DNA of 64,000 nucleotides from a virus (Duplodnaviria; Caudoviricetes): IMG/VR virus record IMGVR_UViG_3300012979_000030, positions 1 to 64,000 of that record; one strand, 5' to 3'. Shown piece by piece: positions 57,673 to 64,000 of this stretch (position 1 is its first letter; each line of letters starts with the position of its first letter). The notes under the pieces were generated by a model. It saw only the letters and a program-made list of their open reading frames with translations, ran no database searches and was not told where the DNA came from. The position numbers and the translations under genes were made by a program.

Positions 57673-58399
57673 TTATTCTCTCCTCTGCTATTTTAAAATA
57701 ATTTGTATCTAATTCAATACCAATAAATTTTCTATTACATCTCTTTGAAGCAATACCACAACTTCCTGCCCCCATACAATTATCTAAAACAACTTCTCCT
57801 TCATTAGTGTATGTTTTAATTAACCATTCTAAACATTCAACACTTTTTTCTGTTCTATGTTTAGCAATACTTGGATGTGGTTTTGGAAAAGTTAAAATAC
57901 TTGTTGGATATTTTTCTGTTGACCCTTTTCTCAAATCATCTGTTGCATCAAAATGTCCATAGTTCTGATTCTTTAATTCTTTTGTTTTATAAGCATTACC
58001 CTTTCCATGTAGTGGTTTCCCTTGTGTAAATTGTGGATTATATGTAGGCAACTTTTTATAAAATATTGCTATCTGTTCATGTTGCCTCAATGGCATTCTT
58101 TTAGCATTTAAAAAACCACTTGTCAATATTTTATTCCATACCAAATCATATCTAAATAATTTTCTGTTAGAATTTACTAAATCAACATAAAATAATCCTT
58201 GTCCAAATAAAGCAATACAACCATTGTCCTTAATAATTCTTTCATATTCTTTCCACAATGGTTCAAATGGAATTTTAACATCTGCCTTGTTTTGTGTCAA
58301 TTCATATGGCAAATCACAACAAATCATGTCAATTGATTTGTTTGGAATTGTTTTCATAATCTCTAAACAATCACCATTGTATAAATCAATTTGACTCAT
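57659..58399 (-). CDS. Beta-class N6A/N4C DNA methyltransferase
   Basis: CDLPY, HRTEK, VLDNCMGAGS. Confidence 0.9.
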   Translation of the reverse strand: MSQIDLYNGDCLEIMKTIPNKSIDMICCDLPYELTQNKADVKIPFEPLWKEYERIIKDNGCIALFGQGLFYVDLVNSNRKLFRYDLVWNKILTSGFLNAKRMPLRQHEQIAIFYKKLPTYNPQFTQGKPLHGKGNAYKTKELKNQNYGHFDATDDLRKGSTEKYPTSILTFPKPHPSIAKHRTEKSVECLEWLIKTYTNEGEVVLDNCMGAGSCGIASKRCNRKFIGIELDTNYFKIAEERINESN

Positions 58400-58400
58400 T

Positions 58401-59240
58401 CTATTTAACCTTTATATATAAACTTTCTTTAACATTTACATCATTATTATTTCCAATAACTCTCCTAAATGATGAATTACCACTATTTAATAATATGTGT
58501 TTATTATATAATTCTTTTGGAACATTGTAAATATTATTTTCTTCACCAGCAATTCCATCAAAACTTAAAAAATAATCACTTTTACAATTTTTTAAATAAT
58601 CCCATAACTTATCATATTCAATTGTTCCATAATACATACCTTTTGTATTGGCATAAGGTGGGTCTAAATATAAAAAATCATTTTCAGATGGATTTATTGT
58701 ATCATATGATTGATTAATAAATTGAACATCATATTTGTTCAATAATTCTGACCATTTATCCAATATTGGTTTTAATCTTATGGGTTCTATTCCATTTCTT
58801 GTAACATGAAATGAATTATTAAATTCACCATTTTTATTATATCTTGGCATACCATTTGTTGTGGTTCTCATAATAAAGAAAAATAACAATGGGTCTTTTG
58901 TTTGATTGAATAATGTTCTTATATGATTAAAAAATTGTTTCTTTCTTTCTAAATCATTATCTTTATTCAATTCATTCCATAATTCTGTATATGATTCTAA
59001 AATAAGATTGGGATTACTTTTTATAAAATTAAAAGTATCTATTAATCCTTTATTTAAATCATTACAAACATAATGTTTAAATTTATTTGGACAATGATTT
59101 AAGATATAAAATAATACAGAACAACCACCACAAAATGATTCATAATATGTATCATAATTTTTATCAATCAATGATACAATCTGTTCTGCTTGACTTCTTT
59201 TTGAACCACTCCATTTAATTATTGGTTGTAATTTAGACAT
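58401..59240 (-). CDS. Dam-like adenine methyltransferase
   Basis: IKWSGSK, ESFCGGCSV, RYN..G.FN, YLDPPY. Confidence 0.9.
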   Translation of the reverse strand: MSKLQPIIKWSGSKRSQAEQIVSLIDKNYDTYYESFCGGCSVLFYILNHCPNKFKHYVCNDLNKGLIDTFNFIKSNPNLILESYTELWNELNKDNDLERKKQFFNHIRTLFNQTKDPLLFFFIMRTTTNGMPRYNKNGEFNNSFHVTRNGIEPIRLKPILDKWSELLNKYDVQFINQSYDTINPSENDFLYLDPPYANTKGMYYGTIEYDKLWDYLKNCKSDYFLSFDGIAGEENNIYNVPKELYNKHILLNSGNSSFRRVIGNNNDVNVKESLYIKVK

Positions 59241-59967
59241 TTATCCTCTCTCTTGCTATTTGAAACATTTCTTCATCAGATTCTATACCAATAAAATCAT
59301 ATCCCAATTCTTGACAAACCAATCCACAAGTACAACTTCCCATAAATGGGTCTAATACTGTTGAACCTTTTGGTACAAAATCATTCAAAATTCTTTTAAT
59401 CAATTCTGTTGGAAATCCTGCTTTAATGAATTTATTTCTTTCTCTTTTTATATCCCATATATTTGTTTCTGTTCCACGAGCAAAACCAAAATAATCAAAT
59501 GAACGATTATAAGGTTTAGAATTTTGGAATACAATTATGAATTCATATTGTGAATTAAGAACACCTTTTTGCATTGCTGGTTGACCATAACATTTATTCC
59601 AAATGATTATTTCCTTAATTTTTTCAGCATATTTACCCATTAATTGTAGCAAAGCAACTTTATTACCAGTAATCATTTGAATGTTATAAAACATTAAATC
59701 AGTTACTTGTAATGCTTTACTAATAAACTCATCTTGGAACTTAAAATATTCTTCCATTGGTAAATCATCTCTATACTTATCATATTTTGTAGAAAAAGCA
59801 CCAACATTACCTTTCCAACCCCATCTGGACATATATTTACCAGTATGGATTCTTAAATTCATATTATATGGTGGAGATGTGATAATGACATCAACTTTTT
59901 TATTTTGGTCTATCATTTGTTGGAGAATTTCCAAACAATCTCCATTATATAAATCAATTTGACTCAT
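59233..59967 (-). CDS. Beta-class methyltransferase (SPPY, possibly N4-cytosine)
   Basis: TSPPYN, AGFP, VLDPFMGS; true start MSQIDLYNG at 59967. Confidence 0.88.
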   Translation of the reverse strand: MSQIDLYNGDCLEILQQMIDQNKKVDVIITSPPYNMNLRIHTGKYMSRWGWKGNVGAFSTKYDKYRDDLPMEEYFKFQDEFISKALQVTDLMFYNIQMITGNKVALLQLMGKYAEKIKEIIIWNKCYGQPAMQKGVLNSQYEFIIVFQNSKPYNRSFDYFGFARGTETNIWDIKRERNKFIKAGFPTELIKRILNDFVPKGSTVLDPFMGSCTCGLVCQELGYDFIGIESDEEMFQIARERINV

Positions 59968-60667
59968 TCTCATATTCCTTTGTAATTCTTTCAACTGCCA
60001 TATTAAAAAATTCTTCATTCTTCTCAATACCTATAAATTGTCTATTTGTTTTAATGCAAGCAACTCCTGTTGTTCCAGAACCCATATATGGGTCTAAAAC
60101 TATATCACCTTCATCACTTCCTATTGGAATCATATTTAAGCAAGGTTCTAACGGTTTTAATGCAGGATGATTCCATTCTTTAACACCACCAATAGAATAA
60201 TGATAATCAGTTCTTTTTTGATGATATGTTCCAGTTAATGTTCTACCTTTCCACAAATGAACACAATAATCTTTGTCTTGATACTTACCTCTTACATTTG
60301 GTAAAGCATTATTTCTATAAAGACAGACATCTTGCCAATTCCATTTATTATCTTTTGCCATAATTAAATAATCAATGAATTGTTTTTTAGAACACCATAT
60401 TTGATAATTAATTGCTTTACATACTCTTTTAAATTCTGGGAACATTACATCAACATCAAAACCATCTGATATATCAGCATTTACAATACCATCATAAAAT
60501 TTTCTTCCACCTTTACTTTCCATAAATGAACCAATATTACCCGAACTATGAATAATATATGGTGGGTCAGTATGAATTAATGTAATAGAATTATCTTCTA
60601 ATTCTTTTATCACTTCTTGACAATCACCATTTATTAGTAAGCAATTTCCAATCTTAATTGTTTTCAT
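59954..60667 (-). CDS. Beta-class N6A/N4C DNA methyltransferase
   Basis: TDPPY, HPALKP, VLDPYMGSGTT. Confidence 0.9.
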   Translation of the reverse strand: MKTIKIGNCLLINGDCQEVIKELEDNSITLIHTDPPYIIHSSGNIGSFMESKGGRKFYDGIVNADISDGFDVDVMFPEFKRVCKAINYQIWCSKKQFIDYLIMAKDNKWNWQDVCLYRNNALPNVRGKYQDKDYCVHLWKGRTLTGTYHQKRTDYHYSIGGVKEWNHPALKPLEPCLNMIPIGSDEGDIVLDPYMGSGTTGVACIKTNRQFIGIEKNEEFFNMAVERITKEYENESN

Positions 60668-61388
60668 TGATTCGTTCCTCTGCTAATTTAAAATAATTTT
60701 CATCTAATTCGATTCCAATAAAATTTCTATTAGTTCTTTTACAAGCATCACCAGTAGTTCCTGAACCCATACAAAAATCTAAAACTGTATCTCCTTCATT
60801 GGTAATCATTTCAATACATCTTTCCATAAGTTTAATTGGTTTTTGTGTTGGATGATTTACTTTTTCTTTACTATTATGTGGTAATGCAGGAATATCAGAC
60901 CATACATCAGATAAAGAAATTCCATCTTTTAAATAACCAGTTGTATATTCAGGTCTTTTACTATCAACTTTTATTTTAATATTATTAAATGTAAAATTCT
61001 TTTCATCTTTTGTATAATAACAAATTGGTTCATAACCAGAAGCAAGTGCTTTACCTCTTGTGTTATTAAAAGCTCTTTTCCTTGACCATATTATAATTCT
61101 TTTTTCATAAAATGTTTTATCTAACTCATTACAAATTTTTCTATTATTTTGTCTGCCAGTAAAAATTAAGACAGAACCAGTTTCTTTTAGCATTTGAAAG
61201 CATTTATTAAAACAACTATTACACCAACCAATATAATCACTTATATCACACCATTGGTTATCCCATTTATTATCAACTATTTGAAAATATGGAATATCTG
61301 TGATAATAGCATCAACTTTAACACCTTTATCAATAAGTTGTTGCATTACTTCTAAACAATCACCATTGTATAAATTAATTTGACTCAT
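60654..61388 (-). CDS. Beta-class N6A/N4C DNA methyltransferase
   Basis: TDIPY, HPTQKP, VLDFCMGSGTT. Confidence 0.9.
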   Translation of the reverse strand: MSQINLYNGDCLEVMQQLIDKGVKVDAIITDIPYFQIVDNKWDNQWCDISDYIGWCNSCFNKCFQMLKETGSVLIFTGRQNNRKICNELDKTFYEKRIIIWSRKRAFNNTRGKALASGYEPICYYTKDEKNFTFNNIKIKVDSKRPEYTTGYLKDGISLSDVWSDIPALPHNSKEKVNHPTQKPIKLMERCIEMITNEGDTVLDFCMGSGTTGDACKRTNRNFIGIELDENYFKLAEERINENN

Positions 61389-62046
61389 TTATTCTGTCCT
61401 CTGCTAATTTAAAATAATTAATATCTTTTTCAATACCTATGAAATCATAACCAAGTTCTTTACAAGCAACTCCTGTTGTTCCACTACCCATAAATGGGTC
61501 AACAATAGTATAATCTTTTGGAAGTATTCCTACAATATTTTTCATAACCTCTAATGGCATGACACATGGATGATTAATACCATTCTTCCCTTTACTAACA
61601 TTTTTTACTTGATTGATATTCCACCAATCATACAATTTTGAACCAATAATACCTCTTGCAATTCTTTCTTTAATCCTTTTATCATTAGGATTTTTATATG
61701 GTTGCCTTACCTGATTAAAGTTTGGTTTTACACCAAAGAAGGCAATGTCCCTATGCTGTTTAGCAGTATTGCTATTATATACCCAACTAACAACTCTTTC
61801 TGGAAATATTCCCATTTGAAATGACAATTTATATAATGATTCAGGGTAATGAACAATAACGGATGGACATTTAGAAAAAATATCTCCAATCCACTCATAA
61901 TATTCATCTTCTTTCATATTATCACTATATGATGAATAATGATAACCAATATTAAATGGTGGATCAGAAACCATAATACATTTTGTTAAATCCAAATTTG
62001 ATAAAACATTATTACAATCATTATTATATAAAGTTATTTTACTCAT
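61375..62046 (-). CDS. Beta-class N6A/N4C DNA methyltransferase
   Basis: SDPPF, HPCVMP, IVDPFMGSGTT. Confidence 0.9.
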   Translation of the reverse strand: MSKITLYNNDCNNVLSNLDLTKCIMVSDPPFNIGYHYSSYSDNMKEDEYYEWIGDIFSKCPSVIVHYPESLYKLSFQMGIFPERVVSWVYNSNTAKQHRDIAFFGVKPNFNQVRQPYKNPNDKRIKERIARGIIGSKLYDWWNINQVKNVSKGKNGINHPCVMPLEVMKNIVGILPKDYTIVDPFMGSGTTGVACKELGYDFIGIEKDINYFKLAEDRINESN

Positions 62047-62069
62047 ATATTTCTCATTAATATTAGAAG

Positions 62070-62411
62070 TTAGATATTTGATATTACACGTTTACCACTA
62101 TCAATTAATCTATTCATTATAAATTGTGTAGTAGAATCATTATTATTGATAATACCATAATCACAATCATTAATCAAATATTTAATAACCTCTAATTCAT
62201 TTGAGCATAAAATGTTTTTATAAAAGATGTTTTTATAATTTGAATTTCTCTCAAATCCATAATGATATACAATACATTCAATATTATTATTAATACAATA
62301 TTTTATATTATCATCTATGTATCTAAAATCATCAATGATAATTATAACATCATTTGGTGATATATTCTTTGATTTTGATATATCACCATAAATAAAAATT
62401 TTCTTGCACAT
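62070..62411 (-). CDS. Hypothetical protein
   Basis: 113-aa ORF between the regulator and the MTase array. Confidence 0.5.
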   Translation of the reverse strand: MCKKIFIYGDISKSKNISPNDVIIIIDDFRYIDDNIKYCINNNIECIVYHYGFERNSNYKNIFYKNILCSNELEVIKYLINDCDYGIINNNDSTTQFIMNRLIDSGKRVISNI

Positions 62412-62414
62412 ATA

Positions 62415-63017
62415 TTAATACTCCAATAAACCCATTTCAAGAACTTTTTGAATTGCTTGAATTCTATTTACTACACCCAATTTTCTAAAAATTATTGTCA
62501 TATGTGCTTTAACTGTTGCCTCTGTAATATTCATATCATATGCAATTTGTTTGTTTGAAGATCCTAATCTCAAATGTTTAACAATTTTCAATTGCTGTTT
62601 AGAAAGTAATGTCTTTGTTGTATATGGGAGTAATTCACTTGGATAATAATTATCACCCATTAACAGTAATGACAAAATTGACTTAATTTTTGCTATCGAA
62701 TATTTTTTACACAATAATCCATTTGCATTAAACTCCATAAATTTCTTAACATCATCTGCACAAAATGATGATGCCATAAAAACAATCATACATTCAGGAT
62801 TATGTTGTTTAATTATTGGGCAAACATATGATATATCCAAACTTCTGTGTTTTGATATAAAAACAATGTCAAAGTCATAATTAGTTAAACTTTTTTCTAC
62901 ATCATCATATAAAATGCATTTATTAATATTAATATTTGGGTTTATTTCTTTCATCAATCCACTTAAACCCTCTGCAAACAATTCTTCTTCATAAACAATT
63001 AATACATTTTCTATCAT
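62415..63017 (-). CDS. NarL/LuxR-family response regulator with degenerate receiver domain
   Basis: LS.QQ..IV..L..G.SNKQIAYDMNITEATVKAHM..IFRKLGV.NR LuxR HTH; REC-like N-terminus lacks the acceptor Asp (DIVFIS). Confidence 0.85.
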   Translation of the reverse strand: MIENVLIVYEEELFAEGLSGLMKEINPNININKCILYDDVEKSLTNYDFDIVFISKHRSLDISYVCPIIKQHNPECMIVFMASSFCADDVKKFMEFNANGLLCKKYSIAKIKSILSLLLMGDNYYPSELLPYTTKTLLSKQQLKIVKHLRLGSSNKQIAYDMNITEATVKAHMTIIFRKLGVVNRIQAIQKVLEMGLLEY

Positions 63018-63063
63018 TTAAACTCCATTTTAACATTGTTATTTACATTTATTATTCAAAAAA

Positions 63064-63092
63064 ATTTTACTAATTAAAACACCTTTTGTCAA
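63064..63092 (-). promoter_or_regulatory. sigma70-like promoter for the regulator/MTase operon
   Basis: TTGACA-17 nt-TAAAAT. Confidence 0.65.
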
Positions 63093-63314
63093 AATAATAC
63101 TTTAATACTATATATATTACAACCAAAGTAGTATAGTATTAAATATAATATTGTTATTTATACTAATAAATCAAAATTATTTAGATTTAGATAAGATGAT
63201 TTATTCTACTTATAAAATTAGTAGAAAAAATATTTTTTCTTTATTTTTCAATAACTTAATTATAAAACATCTTTCAATCATCATTATAAATAATTATGTT
63301 GAAGGAGAAAAACT

Positions 63315-63773
63315 ATGAATACATCTTATGAAAAATTTTCATTTTACAATAACTACTTTGGTGGAACAATTGAGGGTGATAATATATATTCAACTGATTT
63401 TTATGGTAATAAACATTTAGTTGGAGTTACATCAAAGAAACACCAAGAGACAATGGACTTATTAAACACATATTATAACAAATTAATAGAATTGGGTGTT
63501 ATTGAAAAAGAAAAAACAGCAGAAGACATAGCGAAAGAACAACAACAAATGATGCAACTTATGATGCAACAAATGGAAAGCATGCAAAGGGCATTAAACG
63601 ATTTGCAACATGAAAGCAAACCAAATCACAATGAAGGAGAGGCAAATGAATATGAATCAAATAACAAATCTATTAACACAGAAATTAAATCTGAACAAGG
63701 ACCAACAAACAAATTTGAGTCAATCAATAGAAAAAGCAAGGGAGATTCTAAATTCAGTAAACAATCCAACTGA
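63315..63773 (+). CDS. Hypothetical protein with Gln/Met-rich coiled coil
   Basis: AAGGAG RBS; TATAAATA at 63285-63292. Confidence 0.6.
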   Translation: MNTSYEKFSFYNNYFGGTIEGDNIYSTDFYGNKHLVGVTSKKHQETMDLLNTYYNKLIELGVIEKEKTAEDIAKEQQQMMQLMMQQMESMQRALNDLQHESKPNHNEGEANEYESNNKSINTEIKSEQGPTNKFESINRKSKGDSKFSKQSN

Positions 63774-64000
63774 AGCTTTATCAAAAGCAAATGTTGATCC
63801 AAGTTTTTTGAATAATATTAGAGGATATTTGAATAACCCAATGGCTTCTATGATATTACCAATGATTGGTTTGAATAAATCTGTTGTATTACAAAAAATA
63901 GACACATTAGAAAGGATGATGAACAAAGATAGAGTGGCAATTCCATCTAATGATTCTAACAAATCATCACCCTATGTGGGTGGGGGTGATGATTTAGAAA
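63646..64000 (+). CDS. Hypothetical protein (3'-truncated; not in ORF track)
   Basis: AAGGAGAGG RBS, then MNMNQITNLLTQKLNL..., open to window end; overlaps upstream ORF by ~128 nt. Confidence 0.6.
   Translation, partial: MNMNQITNLLTQKLNLNKDQQTNLSQSIEKAREILNSVNNPTEALSKANVDPSFLNNIRGYLNNPMASMILPMIGLNKSVVLQKIDTLERMMNKDRVAIPSNDSNKSSPYVGGGDDLE

Noticed and set aside
51977-62411. Complete restriction-modification systems
   Set aside because: No recognisable restriction endonuclease or specificity subunit among the MTases; the only nuclease is the intein LAGLIDADG domain
63018-63314. tRNA or structured ncRNA in the longest intergenic region
   Set aside because: Extremely AT-rich, with no cloverleaf or stable stems visible; explained by divergent promoters
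141-63962. Many short ORF-track entries antisense to or nested in long genes (e.g. 5017-5346, 17336-17584, 31169-31459, 47436-47879, 51716-51973, 63720-63962)
   Set aside because: Shadow ORFs of AT-rich coding sequence, with no RBS or recognisable motifs
1-64000. Alternative genetic code (TAG/TGA reassignment) as seen in some gut phages
   Set aside because: Genes are full length and densely packed under code 11; TAG and TGA both serve as stops directly before the next gene's start

Overview
Very AT-rich, gene-dense window read in the standard code. It is most consistent with a large (jumbo-type) tailed bacteriophage: tail-fibre genes, T4-like clamp loader, dNMP kinase and Pnkp are present, with no ribosomal or housekeeping operons. 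(1) 1-2072: tail-fibre genes. (2) 2073-25015, minus strand: a ~23 kb tightly coupled cluster of 15 radical-SAM genes in about five subfamilies. It also holds two PLP-fold proteins, a degenerate dUTPase-fold protein, a HAD phosphatase, and two proteins ending in short RiPP-core-like tails (CHLNCHGNCYGTRSRR and C-S11-C-S5), which are candidate rSAM substrates. (3) 25070-42780: receptor-binding and fibre region, including a 1462-aa multidomain adhesin, a GT2 and an Mtd_N-SGNH tailspike. A plus-strand operon of 23-aa leucine-rich-repeat proteins has the LRR N-cap encoded at the END of the preceding gene, suggesting an ordered head-to-tail filament. (4) 42876-51917: nucleotide, RNA-repair and replication genes plus two amidoligase paralogs. 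(5) 51977-62046: 11 consecutive orphan DNA methyltransferases, one with a LAGLIDADG intein at the catalytic Cys, downstream of a pseudo-receiver LuxR-type regulator. No tRNA, rRNA or CRISPR array was recognised. All family assignments come from motif reading, not database searches.
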